Source: Eledone cirrhosa
Taxonomy: Eukaryota
Reading direction: 5' to 3'
Assembly: GCA_964016885.1 (NCBI GenBank)
Contig: CAXHJY010001240.1
Span: 62,001-126,000 of the forward strand
Length of the DNA stretch: 64,000 bases
Shown here: positions 41,205-54,679 of the stretch, one piece after another
Layout of the letters: every line of letters begins with the position of its first letter
How positions within the stretch are numbered: the first letter of the stretch is position 1
The notes under the pieces: model-generated
Seen by the model: the letters and a program-made list of their open reading frames with translations, nothing else
Database searches by the model: none
What the model was told of the DNA's origin: nothing
Made by a program: the position numbers and the translations under genes

Positions 41205-41210
<6 letters not shown>
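39955..41210 (+). mobile_element. CR1-group LINE, 5'-truncated RT and 3' end
   Basis: DVIYLDFSK.., SGVPQGTVLGPLLF.MYIND, FADDSK, RDLGVIVD, RPHLEYCC.LWSP and LYSLQRRRER; short (tatcaa) repeat tail followed by (TA)n. Confidence 0.88.
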
Positions 41211-41242
<32 letters not shown>

Positions 41243-41689
41243 TTATTATTATTAGTACAGATTAAAGTTTAAGAATTTACGCTTTCGCCCTATTAGGGGA
41301 TCTTCTGAAACTGAGAAAAAAATCCATCTGAAGACGAAGGAGTAAATATTTCAAAAGACGTTACAACCAAAAGAAAACAGGAAAACATAACGTTGTTTCG
41401 GGAAGACATTCTCTGGTGAAGGATCAAAAATATGCAAGGATAATTACGTCATAATTTAACTTTTAATAATGGTTTCTTTCTTTCTTTATTTATTTTGTTT
41501 CTACTTTTGGCACAAGGCCAGCAATTACCCAGTACATTACTGGTTCTTATTTTATCGACCCCGTAAGGATGAAAGGCAACCTCGAATGGTAAACATACAC
41601 ATGCATGTACACCAGGTCCGAACACAGCGGAGCCGAACTCCCAATGTCATCCCCTCCATCTCTCACTATTATGAGCAAATGGGGTCCCA

Positions 41690-43100
41690 CGCTAGCCGCT
41701 CCACGGCCCCGGCGGACAGAATAGAGAAGGAAGGAGATGCACTGGAAGAGCCATTCCATCTCGCGAGGCTCACACCAGCGGCTAGCTAGCTCAGCGCCTA
41801 TGGTGGTAAGTAGGGAGGTAGCCGTAGGGTCAAGGACACCAGAAGTCTCCAATGTTATGGGATCGACTGCAAGCCTGTCGGAGAGCGACCGATACTTGGA
41901 GAGTTTACCCTCCTCAGCCCGAAATGAGCAGAACCCGGGTTAGTCGCAGACTGCACCAGGTTGCCGCTGGAGAATGTGTCGCTGCATGTGGCATCCCAGA
42001 CGAGAGGTTTACCACCGCGGAACGGGAAGATGGTCATGCCATCTGTCCTTTTGCCGTCCCCTCGGTCCAGCCCCACCGGCTCGAGCTGGGAGGGGAAGGC
42101 TGCAGCATCCAAGCCATGCTTTATGACCTCGTTGAGAGCAGCGAGCGTGGAAGGCGACCGGCACTGTAGCGACAGGAAAGCGAGTGGAGGCCGAAAGAGT
42201 CTATGGTGGATCCGCAGCGACATTTGTGTGGCTCGCACATTCGGAGGCCGAGCCTCAGGTAAGCCCTGATGCGCAGCTATCATTGTCCAGTTGAGTGCCA
42301 GTAGAGAAGGGGTAAAGCATGGAGCCAGGCCCGCTGCGGGGTTGCGAGGCCGCACGAAAATATGCAAGGCGGTGCTGGTCGAGCTGGCGTTCTAGCCTGT
42401 CTGAGGCCAGGATGCACTGGATGGCATCCCAAATACTCTGGCGGGACTTGACGTCAACAAGGGGAGAAGAAGGGATGTATACTGGGCTAAATCGAAGCCG
42501 GTTCCACGTCTCACAGGCGGCCTCACTTTCCTCGATCACTGTGGGTTCCATTGTGTTTAGGAGAACCTTCTTGATGAGGATGCGGCATGAGGTAAACGAC
42601 GAAAGAAACGCCGGCAAAGCCAGCGAGACCGGGAGCTGGCGGCAAAGGCCACCGTATCTAACAGGTTGCATATCTCCTCAGCTTCCGCTCGGATAAAAGT
42701 GTCGAGGTCAGCAAAGAGAGATGCGTGGCTGAAGCAAGAGTTTAGAGGAGCTTCGGTATGGTGAAGCAGTTCCTCAACAGGAATAGGGCTGGGTGGGCGT
42801 CAATCCTGCTCAGTCTGCTCATGAGGATCTTGAGTTGCTGGAGCCTAGACCTGATGGTGGAGCAGATGGCCGGCGGGTGGATCGGTGACCCGAGGATGTA
42901 CCTGTAGGAGAATAGATCACACGTCCGAGACGGAGGCTGCAAAACTCTCTGCATCGTGGTTGACATTCACCACCTCCGACTTGGACAAGTTGACCTCGAG
43001 GCCGATTCTCGCCAGAGTAGGAACTACAGATTGTAGGTCGTGGCATTATTCGGGTACCAAACGTTGAAAGGAGACGTGATTCCGGCAGCTGTTGAAGAAC
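41690..43100 (-). mobile_element. CRE-clade LINE fragment (restriction-like endonuclease), frameshifted
   Basis: ILGSPI, ALFLLRNCFTIPKLL, QPVRYGGL, LEPVGLDRGDGKRTDGMTIFPFRGGKPLVWDATCSDT. Confidence 0.8.
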
Positions 43101-43862
43101 TGCTTAGTTGCATGTGCAGCCCCCTCACAGCTACCTGACACACCGACCCCTAGTTGCACCGGAGAGGGTGGGGTGGGGTGGGGATAACAACTCATTATGT
43201 GGAACGAGAAGAACAATTTCTTGCTATGAAAAAATCATTAGACTATTATATTTAGACTAGCCGAATGATTTCCAGCTACATATTTTGAAAATGATGTAAA
43301 TAAAAGTAAGATAATTAAACGAAAAAAAAAAACCTGAAGGTATTAATAAAGTAATAATTGTTTCTACTTTTGGCACAAGGCCAGCACTTACCCAGTACAT
43401 TACTGGTACTTTACTTTATCGACCCCGTAAGGATGAAAGGCAAAGTTAACCTCGGCGGGATTTGAACTCAGATTGTAAAGGGTCGTAACTACGCTGGAAA
43501 GCATGTCTGACCCTCCACCAATACTGCCAATTCACCAATAATGATGAGAACATTAAAAGTATTTCACCCTCTCTATTATTTCATGTTTCTTTTTCATGTT
43601 TCTTTTTCTTTGTCTTTATCATGTTTCCTCTTCTTTTCTTTTTTCTTTTTTCCTTTTTCTTTTTTCTTTTTTCCTTTTTCTTTTTCCTTTAATTTTTGCT
43701 ACCCTTCTCTCTGTGAAAACGTTATTCTACTTTGAAAAAAAAAAGAAAAAAATATATATATATATTTATTTATTTATATATATTTATATATATATATATA
43801 AAATCAAGGTCTAGCAAATAGAGAAAAAGTTTTTAAATAAATTTTAAAAAATTCGCATTACT

Positions 43863-43901
<39 letters not shown>

Positions 43902-44162
43902 AACCCGACAGCTGAGCTCAAGCCGTTTCGACGGCTAATTCTGAGAATTAGCCGTCGAAACGGTTCCTATTACCCACTCTACTACCTCAAGTATTGAGTA
44001 CTTTGGTGCGTTATGGTCCACCTGGTTCCTTACCACATTTCCTTCGTTATATATATATATATATATATTAAAATAACAGATTAAAGTTTATATATATAAA
44101 GGGCTTTCTGATGATTTCTCCCGAATAAAAAAGTTCTAGTCCTGTAGAAGCCTTTTCTATAT

Positions 44163-44202
<40 letters not shown>

Positions 44203-44206
<4 letters not shown>

Positions 44207-45951
44207 TAATTAACTGGTTTAAAAATATTAGATGTAAATCTTCTGCTTCATTTCTACAATTTGATATAGATAATTACTATTCTTCTATATCACCTATACT
44301 CCTGAACAAAGCATTGATATTTGCTAAAAATAGATCTAACTTAACTTTGGATGACATTAATATTATTACACATGCTAGACTAACACTTATTGAATTTCAG
44401 AATGAATACTGGACCAGAAACACATATAGTAATCTTTTTGATATTACTATGGGTTCAAGCGATTCAGCCCAAATTACTGATCTTGTGGGCCTCTTTCTCC
44501 TTTTCAACATAAATGCCTCCTTTCCCCACCTCAAAGGTGGTTTATATCGTGATGACTGTCTTCTTCTTTCTAACAACCTTAGCCTTTCAGAAATTGAAAA
44601 AAACAAAAAACATATTAGAACTTTCCTTAAAGACTATTATAATCTTAATATTACTTTTGAAAAAACAAGTAAAGTAGTAAATTTCCTAGATATAACTTTA
44701 GATTTAGCTACGGGTATCTACCAACCTTACCATAAACCAAACCAAAACTTACATTACATACACTCACAATCTAATCACCCTAAATCTATCCTTAAAAACC
44801 TTGCATATAATATATCACTTAGAATTTCTAACCTTTCTTCTAACCAAGATGTATTTGATAAAAATGCGACCTTCTATAACGAAGCTCTAGATAGAAGTGG
44901 CCACAAAAATAGATTAGAATATATACCTTCTACTAAAAATACTGAAAGCATACAACCTAATATTACCAACAAACACCAAATGAAAAGTACACACCTAAAT
45001 GCCACCCACACTATACCCCAAAATACCAAATCTTCTAATATAAAGTATAGTAACTCTCAAAAAACTACTTATCATACAACTCTAATAAATATTAATAATA
45101 AAACTCCTAATAAAAAGGATAAAACACCTAAATCTACAAATATAACTAAAAATGGTTGTGGTGAGATCATTAACATTAATCCTCCTAGTAAAAATCACGA
45201 TACAACCTATAAAAATAATAAAAATAATAAACAACATAGAAACCGTAATAGACGGGTTACTTGGTATAATGCTCCATTTAATTTACAAATTAAGGATAAT
45301 ATTGCTAAAAAATTTTTTTATATCCTAGAGAAAAACTTCCCGCCAAACCACAAATACCATCAAATCTTAAATAGGTCTACAGTTAAATTCTCATACTCTA
45401 CAACAAATAACATAAAACAAAATATAAGTGCCTATAATGCATATAAATGTAAGAAAACCATAAGTATACCACCAGTACATCAAATTAACCATAATATCTC
45501 CTCAAATACAGAATTAACGAAAGGTTGTAACTGTAGAAACAAAGCAAACTGCCCATTAAAAGGGAATTGTCTTGTTAACAACATAGTCTATAAATGTAAT
45601 GTTAAAACTAAAGATTCTATTTGCTCATATATAGGAGCTACCTCTAACAATTTTAAGACAAGGTTTAATACCCACAAGCATAGTTTTAAAAATGCCGCAC
45701 TGGCTAATACAACATCTCTAGCAGAAAAAATCAATAGTTATAAAAATAAGAATATAGAATATGATTTGACCTGGAGTGTGCTCAAAAGAGCCACCCCTTA
45801 TCAAAATAATAGAAATGAATGTAGATTATGTTCCCAAGAACTATTTGAAATAATGAAATCTAAGGATATCCTATTAAATAAACGACAGGAATTAATTATA
45901 TCGTGTAATCATAAACTAAAAAAAACATTTAAATATTATAAACCTAATTAA
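44203..45951 (+). CDS. Penelope-like retroelement ORF, 5'-truncated: RT C-terminal part, thumb, Cys linker and GIY-YIG endonuclease (probably Hydra-clade PLE)
   Basis: 582-aa open frame starting abruptly after a (TA)n run. RT motifs FDIDNYYSSI, ITMGSSDS, LYRDDC, VNFLDITL and YIHSQSNHP. Linker CxCx5Cx5C (CNCRNKANCPLKGNC). GIY-YIG-like IVYK...YIG...FKTRFNTHKHSF, followed by CRLC...LLNKRQEL...CNH. Confidence 0.92.
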
Positions 45952-46399
45952 TAACATTATTTTAGAAATTAATTTAATTTAAATGTTAGTTAACCTATAA
46001 ATTTAATTTAATTAAAATTCTATTACAGATGAGAATATAAAATATTATGTAATCATAAATTGTGAAAAACCTTAAATATTACTAATATATACTTAGTAAT
46101 TTAATTTATAGATTAATTTTAATTTATTTAAACCTTTTATTATAATTCTTTTACAGATAAAATATAACAAAATATCGTGTATCCAATGACAGAGAAATAA
46201 TTTTTAGTATTATAGACCTAATTAATATACATTTTAGAAATATATTTATAATTTGGTTTTAATTTTAATCAACCTAAAAATTTAATTTAATTGGCTTAAA
46301 ATTAATATCCTTATACAGACGAATTGCAGAATGTCATGTAATCATAGAATGGGATGTGTTTTGGATTTATACCTAGTTAATATATTCTTTGCAATTTTT

Positions 46400-47263
46400 G
46401 AAAAAATATGTATATGTATATGTGTATGTGTGTGCGTATGTATATGTGTATATATGTGTATATATATGTATATATATGTATATATATATGTGTATGTATA
46501 TGTATATGTATATGTATTAATTTTGATTTCTATTTGCATATAATTATATTCTGCTATTGATAAAATACAATATCTGTTTTATTTATTATATACCTAATTA
46601 ACATATACTATAGAAATAAATATATAATTTTTAATTTAATTAACCTATAATTTATATTCTACTACCGATGTAATACTTTATTTGTTTTTTCCCTATTACT
46701 AAATTCATTCCCTAATATTGATACCATAACGTTATTAACTTTAATTTAGTTATACTATAATTAATACTCTACTACTATTTAACTTCAAAACTCTGCTTCA
46801 AATATTATAAAACTAACTAATTTACACCTTAGAAATCAATATGTTAACTATCTTTAGTTTAGTTAACATATAATTAATGGTATACTTATTCATTTTGAAA
46901 TGCATAAATTTTGCCTTATTTCTTGTTTATTGTATTTCCTAACACTGATACTATGTAAAAACATACATTGGATCTAGATACGGATAATATTCTATGTTTC
47001 TTGAAACATATATTTACTATAATCCCCTTCTCCACCCCCCCCCCCTTTCCCCCATACTATTATCATCTGTGTTTGTAAGCGTGTATGTATGAATATATAT
47101 GTAGGTAGGTGTATATATATTTGCATATTTATATCTGAATATAAAAATACATATATGCGCATGCAAATAAGAATGTAAGATTGTGTGTGTATATATATAT
47201 GTGTGTATGTATGTGTATATGTGTATATATGCATGTGTATATATATGTGTACGTATGTGTCTG

Positions 47264-47348
<85 letters not shown>

Positions 47349-47606
47349 GTGTGTGTATGTATGTATGTATATGTGTGTGTGTATATATATGTATGTCTCT
47401 CTATTTATGTCTATCTTCGTATCTATGTGGATATATGTGTGTGTGTGCATGTATACACATATATGTGTTTATGTGTATATGTGTGTATGTATATATATGT
47501 GTGTGTGCACACACATATATATGTGAATGTGTATATGTGTGTGTGTGTATATGTATGTGTATATATATATGTATGTATATCTGTGTGTGTATATATGTCT
47601 ATATTC

Positions 47607-47658
<52 letters not shown>

Positions 47659-47899
47659 GTATGTGTATATATATATTATTTATTATTATAATATAACTTA
47701 TGTGTATGTGTGTATATGTGAGGGTGTGTATATGTATATATATGTGTATATATATGGATAAAAAAATATATATATATGTGCATGTCTGTTTTTTATGTGT
47801 GTGTATATATATATATATATGTGTATATATATATATATGTGGGTGTTTGTATGTGTATTTATGGTTGTATGTGTGTGTGGGTATATGTATATAAGTGTA

Positions 47900-47932
<33 letters not shown>

Positions 47933-48273
47933 GTGTATATATATCTCTATTAATGCGTGTATATATGTATATGTATATGCCTTTTTCTTTGGATGTCTGA
48001 GTTGGGTGAGGGTGTAGTGGTGTTTCTATGTATATACGCATATATGGATGCGTTTGTATTTGTATATATGAGTATATGTAAGTGCGTATGTATGTATGAT
48101 TATATATCTAATTCTATGTATGAGTATATATGTGTGTATGTATGTTGTGTGTGTATGTATGTATATGTCTATGTGTGTATATATATATGTATGTATGTGT
48201 GTGTATGTATCTATGTATATGTATGTATGTACATATATGTCTATGTATGTGTGTATGTATGTGTCTGTATGTA

Positions 48274-48342
<69 letters not shown>

Positions 48343-48542
48343 TTATTTTTTTTATATATATGTGTGTGTGTGTATGTGTGTGTGTGTGTGTATATATATC
48401 TTTGTATATGTGTATGTGTATGTTCGTGTAGGTGTATGTGTGTGTATGACTATATATGTATGTGTATGTGTGTATGTGTGTATATATATCTATGTGTGTG
48501 TACATGTATGTATGTGTATGTATGTGTATGTGTGTATGTGTG

Positions 48543-48636
<94 letters not shown>

Positions 48637-48920
48637 TCTCTATTTGTATATGTATATGTGTATGGGTATATACCTTTTTCTTTGTATGTCTGAGTTGTGT
48701 GAGAGTGTAGTGGTGTTTGTATGTATATACCGATATATAGATGCGTAAGTATTTGTCTGTATGTATGTATATATGTCTGTATGTATTTGTGTGTATATAT
48801 AGGTATGTATGTGTATATCTGTATGTATATATGTATGTAAGTGTATGTATATGTGTGTGTATGAGTGTATATATATGTGTGTCTATATAGTATGTGTGAT
48901 TATATGTGTATGTATGAGTG

Positions 48921-48967
<47 letters not shown>

Positions 48968-49127
48968 ATATATATATGTGTATTTATATGTATGTGTGTA
49001 TATGTATGTATGTGTGTATATGTATATGTTTATATATGTGTGTGTATGTATGTTCTAAGTGTGGATGTGTGTATATGTATGTATGTGTTTGTATATGTGT
49101 ATGTATATATGTGTGTGTGTGTGTGTG

Positions 49128-49203
<76 letters not shown>

Positions 49204-49380
49204 CTTGATAGATATATATATATATATTTTCTTGAAGAAAAAGAAAAAAGAAAAAAGAAAAAAGAAAAAAGAAATCTTTTTTCTTTTTTCTTTTTTCTTT
49301 TTTCTTTTTTCTTTTTCTTTTCTTTCCTTTTTAATGTTTATTTATTATTTATTATTTTTTATTTTCTTAGTTTATAGATA
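46400..49380. repeat. Compound (TA)/(TG)/(TATG) simple-repeat field ending in purine/pyrimidine tracts
   Basis: Directly visible; includes a duplicated ~60-bp unique island at ~47980-48040 and ~48672-48730. Confidence 0.95.
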
Positions 49381-49916
49381 CATCTATATTAAGCAGTCAG
49401 CCCAAACCGTTGAATACTGACCTCTCCCCCCCCCCCTCCCACCTAATTTCTGTATCTTTATCTAAATGTGTGTGCCAGTGTTTATGTGAGTGAATTAATA
49501 TCCATGTGCTTAGGATTTTATATCCACATATATATATGTGAGTGGGGGTGTGTGTGTGTTTGTATGTTCGTAGTTTATGTGTATGTTTATGCATATACGC
49601 GCGTGTATGTGTGATTGTACGGATATGTGTTAGTATGAAAATATGTGTATACACTTATTTCATATTTATGTATCTATACGCATCTTATCTGTGCATTATA
49701 AACTTACAGAGACATTAACCTTGAAATTTTGTATTTGCACCCATCCTTTTTGTATGCGTATACAGGTTGTGCATACATTTTTGTAAAATATGTGTAAGGG
49801 TTGTTACATGTATATACACACACCGAACTGCATTAAACCTTTTGTATTTTCATTGGTCAATTTTGTTCCCAAACGGACCTGAAAGTTTGAATTGTTGTTA
49901 TTATCAATAAATATAT

Positions 49917-50070
49917 TTCATTATTTCTGAAGACGGCGTATATATGTGTTGGTATGTATATTTAATCTTGATAGTTTGTATAATTTTGTATAATTTTGTA
50001 CATAGATCTGTTGAATATGCATGCCAACTCTAACACATATATATCCTAGAAACGATCGTTAAATAATGAA
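49917..50070 (+). ncRNA. Type-I hammerhead ribozyme with long helix II (Penelope-associated)
   Basis: Helix I ttcattattt/aaataatgaa (10 bp). CTGAAGA at 49927-49933. About 115-nt helix II region (tatatatgtgtt/aacacatatata). GAAA at 50049-50052. Palindromic helix III ACGATCGT. GUU cleavage site after 50060. Confidence 0.85.
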
Positions 50071-50115
50071 CTTTTTTTGTTTAATATAAGGAATTGTTTA
50101 TTCATTATTTGTTTA

Positions 50116-50248
<133 letters not shown>

Positions 50249-51075
50249 GTAGACATCGGGCTAAGCAAAGTTTGCGTCTATTAAATTCCAGTCGCAACAC
50301 AGGTTTACCTGTGGCTGTTGAAAACATGTCACAGCGTGGTATCGAACTGAGAACCATGTGGTTATGATGCGTACTTCTTAACTACACATGGACCCCATAC
50401 TGTCGAGCTCCCCTGTAGGATCGGAACATCAGCAGCCCGTCTAAGGAAGAAGCTCGGCAAGATGGGGTGGCAGTTGCAGCGGGTGTCGCTGGTCATTGTC
50501 CGCGGAAGTGCTTTTTTGCAGTTTTGTTCGCGGAGCGCAGCCGATACACTATCCGCCCTAGGCCCAGAGCCCATCATCCTCTCCCTTTCCCCCTCCCTTT
50601 CTTCTGTGGTCCAAGTGTCCTTGTTTTTTTTCCCCTCGTTTTCCTCTTATTTATGACATTATAATCCTGTTATGGCCAGAAACTCTTACAGCCGATACAG
50701 ACCAACAAAATACGCGCACACACCTCTACATTTACCTTCACAGCTCTGTACACACACACACACACTTTTTTACTTATATATACACATACATACCCTCTTA
50801 GCTTCGTATGGAAGTATAACACGCGCGCGCGCGCACACACACACACAAGTATACGCATATGCACACGTATAGCTGTATATACAAAACGTTTTTTTTTTCC
50901 ATTTTAGATAGACGCGCTCCATCATCCACTCTTCTAAAAAGTATATCATACACAAAACGCCAGCTCGAACAGTTTACCAAGAGATAGCAACATGAATGGA
51001 CCTGTTATTTTTCTCTAAAAAAAATTTTCTGATCCACCTAGCCCGTCCCCTCAATTTTTCTAATTTCTCATTCTT

Positions 51076-51111
51076 TCTTCCGATGAAGGCCTTGCGTCCG
51101 AAACGTTAAGA
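51076..51111 (+). ncRNA. Minimal type-I hammerhead ribozyme (U4C core)
   Basis: tctt CCGATGA aggc-cttgc-gtcc GAAA cg TT aaga; the usual layout of a minimal PLE HHR. Confidence 0.65.
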
Positions 51112-54100
51112 CCCTCGTCCTGCTATTTCAGGTGTTAGACTAGTATATTTCTTCCATATACTGCACTGTATGTTTTGTTATTTGTTTACCTTTTACATCT
51201 CCACAAGATCGAACCGTCGGCGGCCCGTCTGAGGAAGGGGCCCCGCGAGATGGGGTGGCTGTTGCAGCGGGTGTCGCTGGCCATTATCCACGGGAATGCT
51301 TTTGTGGTCTTGTCTGCGGGGCGCAGCCCCATTACCGCCGAGCTTTAGGCCAAGAACCCAATCATTCTCCCCCTTTTCCTCTACATTCTTCTGTGACACT
51401 AAAGTCCTTGTCATTCCCTCACTTTACCGTTGTTGTTTTTTTCTTATCTTTATATTTCCCTATTTTACATTCCATTCTTACTTCTCAATCTAAATTTTGT
51501 TTTATAAAGAAATATAAGTGGTTTCTTTTTTACGAGTCATAATGATTTGATAAGGCAGACATTTAATTTATATATATGTGCAACCATGCTCTATTGTTTT
51601 TATTTCATCTTGTTTTTGTAATAGCAAGTCACTGTTTATCGAAGTACTGGGTTTGTTGCTGTAGCTGCCTAACTTTCACACATGCTAACCAGGAAAGCGC
51701 GGTATTCTTTCTTTTTCTCCTTTTTATTTTATTTTCTCTTCTTCCTTTCCTATTCACCAAATTCGTTATCTTTTCGTGTTTTACGATTTACTATCAAACT
51801 CCAAATTGCATTCTATCACATTGAATCCGATTAAAAGCAGATTAAAGTTTGGTCATGGGTCTGTTAAATCAGGTCAGATAAAAATAACGACGACAACGAG
51901 AACAAGAATGTAGACGACGATAGCGATTTATTTATTTATTTATCTATCTATCTGTGTATTTATTTATTTTGCCTACAATAAGAACAACAACGTTAATCTT
52001 GAAAAATGCAGTAAACACAGTTAGTTAAAGGGGAATAACTCTCAAATCTCATATTTAATCAAATGTTTTTAAAGCTATCATTGCAATTATAATTTACGGC
52101 TTCAATTCCAAGCTACAATGACATTACTTTGTTTGTTGTTGTTGTCGTTAAAAGGCATGTCAATGAATCAAAAATAATTATAATTATTTCTACTTTTGGC
52201 ACAAGGCCAGCAATCACCCAGTACATTACTGGTACTTTATTATATCGACCCCGTAAGCATGGCGTCCGACCCTCTACCGATACTGTCAATCCACCATAAT
52301 ACAAAATAATTATAATAATAAATCTTGTTCTGAATAATTAACCCCATTAGTGAAAAATATTTTATTGGAAATCGAAAAAGCAGCACATACTCTGGTCACT
52401 TGTAGCTTCTTTTTATCTTACGTACCAATTCGGAAATGTTACACATTTTCACTACTAAAAGCCCTTTTTATTTAAGTAATTTTCCTTTAGACCTCCATTG
52501 GAATTACTCATCTCCCAGATTGTTATGCGGCAAGAGTACCAGCCAAAAGAGAGATATAACTATACTTGGAAAATAGTGTATGCATATTATGCTTTTAACA
52601 AAATACATGAGATTTTGTACAGCTCACGAATCCCTCTTACTACATTTACTGGAAACCGGGGATTTGTGGACTCCAGGTTGGAAACTACTGACTTAGATCA
52701 TATTTTTTCTTTATTCCATAACGATTAAAACCAAGGAACATTTAATCGTAAGGTAACTCTTAATTGATTTCAAATTAGAAATATGTCATACAACGATTAT
52801 TTCTTCTTCTAAAACGACACGAATGAACTGTTCATTTTATTTTCTTGGTGTTATTTAGAGAATAAGGAAACTACATTAGCTCTCAAAAATTGAGCCGAAA
52901 CTAATGGTGAAATAAATAGTGTCTACAACTTTCCTCTTTCTCGATGGTCCTTACGATCATCCATAGAAAAAAAAAAATTGATTTATTTCTACTTTACAAT
53001 TCCCACTAACTTTTTATGTAAACATAATTTATTTTTTTGGCAGATAGCCACATATTTTGATTGGGAAGGTAGTCGTAGTCTCTTCTTTTATAATTTCAAT
53101 CACATTTATCTCGGCTACTTTATAGGAATACCAAGTCGACCAGAATACTTGACTGGTTTCTAAATGAACCAACGCGGGAGCTTCTTCGGGACTGTCCGTC
53201 ATGTTAGAAGAAAAAAAACAAATTTTATCTCAACTGACACTCTACCGACTAAAAGCAACAACAAAAAAGTCACATTAGATAGTGTGGTCATGGGTTGTCT
53301 GCTCATAAGAAAAAAGACAAGATGGCTGCATTGACGTTCACTCAACGTTTGTTAGAACAAAACTGGCTTTGGGTTAAACAACAACCATAGCAGTTTGTAC
53401 TAAATACCACAAAGTATGTTGACCGACGCTCTCATGATTCTGCTGATCCATCTTAATCGTCCAAGTGCTTGACTGTTACTAATCATCTTTGTTGTCATCG
53501 AGTGTTGTCATTTGGCTGTGGGATTTGTTGGAGATTTGACTATTTCAACCATCATTTACGACTAGTGATAGAAATGAGGGTAAGGGAAGTACATAGGGAC
53601 TGTATTCCTTTGCATTTTATTTTCCCGGGAGTTTATAGCGTCTACTCACTCAATTGCAGTCAGTCTCGCAGACTTTAGCGTACCTCTAGTTCCTAAAATC
53701 AATTTTTTTCTCACTAGTTTCAACATTTCAATCAATCAGTGAGTTGTGCATACCAAAGTATTACAATGTGTAGCCAGATGTGCCCTGAAAATAGTTTTAA
53801 AAACTACATATGTTTAAAAATGTAAAAATACAAAATGTAATTTTAAATATAAAATCTAGATAATTGTTTCATTTATTGAATAAAACGAAAAGAACCTATC
53901 CTTAGATTGGATCAAGAAAACTGTCTTCATTAGTCTTTCAACTTTCAACTCTTGACTCTATCTGCCGGGTACAACTGCTGTCAGAAGCGCCATCACTTTT
54001 CTCGTGAAAAGCAGCGAGATTTCAACTTAGAATGCACAGAGCCGGAGCAGATATCGCAAAACATTCCTCCCGTTCGCATCTATATATAAATTTGAGCAAC

Positions 54101-54679
54101 TTCCGTCCGTCACACAATGTGTGTGTGTGTGTGTGTGTCTGTGTAAATGTATAAAGAAAGGAAGGGGATAGTGAAAAAACTATAACAAAACAGCGGTTGT
54201 CGTTCCATTTGCTACGCTGTGTGAGTTTATGTGTATGTGTGTATTTGTGTAAAAGCATGTGTGTGTGTGTGTGTATGTATTTGAGTGAATGTATGTGTGC
54301 GTTTGTGTGAATGTATGTGTATTTGTGTGAATGTATGTGTGAGTGTGTATTTTTGTAAGTGTGTCTGTGTTTGCGCGTTTATATTTATATACTCATACAT
54401 ATAAATGTATACATATGCACATGCACACACGCACACACTTATACACATACGCCTCACCGTGTTGAAAAAAATTCTATTATTTAATAATTCCTGGACTGGT
54501 ATGTTATTCATCGACACCTAAAAGATAAAAAGCAAAAAAACAGACAGCAGCAGAGAGTTGAAACAAATACCAAGGCATTTAATCCGATGTTTCAACGACT
54601 CTGGCAATTTGCCGCCTTTATTGAATAAAGAAATACTTAATAATATTCTGTAATTTAAATAATCTATATTTATTCACCA

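Noticed and set aside
44203-45951. Telomerase, prokaryotic retron or group II intron RT; selenoprotein-type (Naiad) PLE
   Set aside because: The C-terminal GIY-YIG domain and HHR indicate a PLE; there is no in-frame TGA in the visible part.
46331-49654. Many long YI/CV/HT-rich ORFs (also at 11375, 15214, 18667, 26007, 34034, 37859 and 50077)
   Set aside because: They are translations of (TA)n, (TG)n and (GA)n microsatellites, which lack stop codons.
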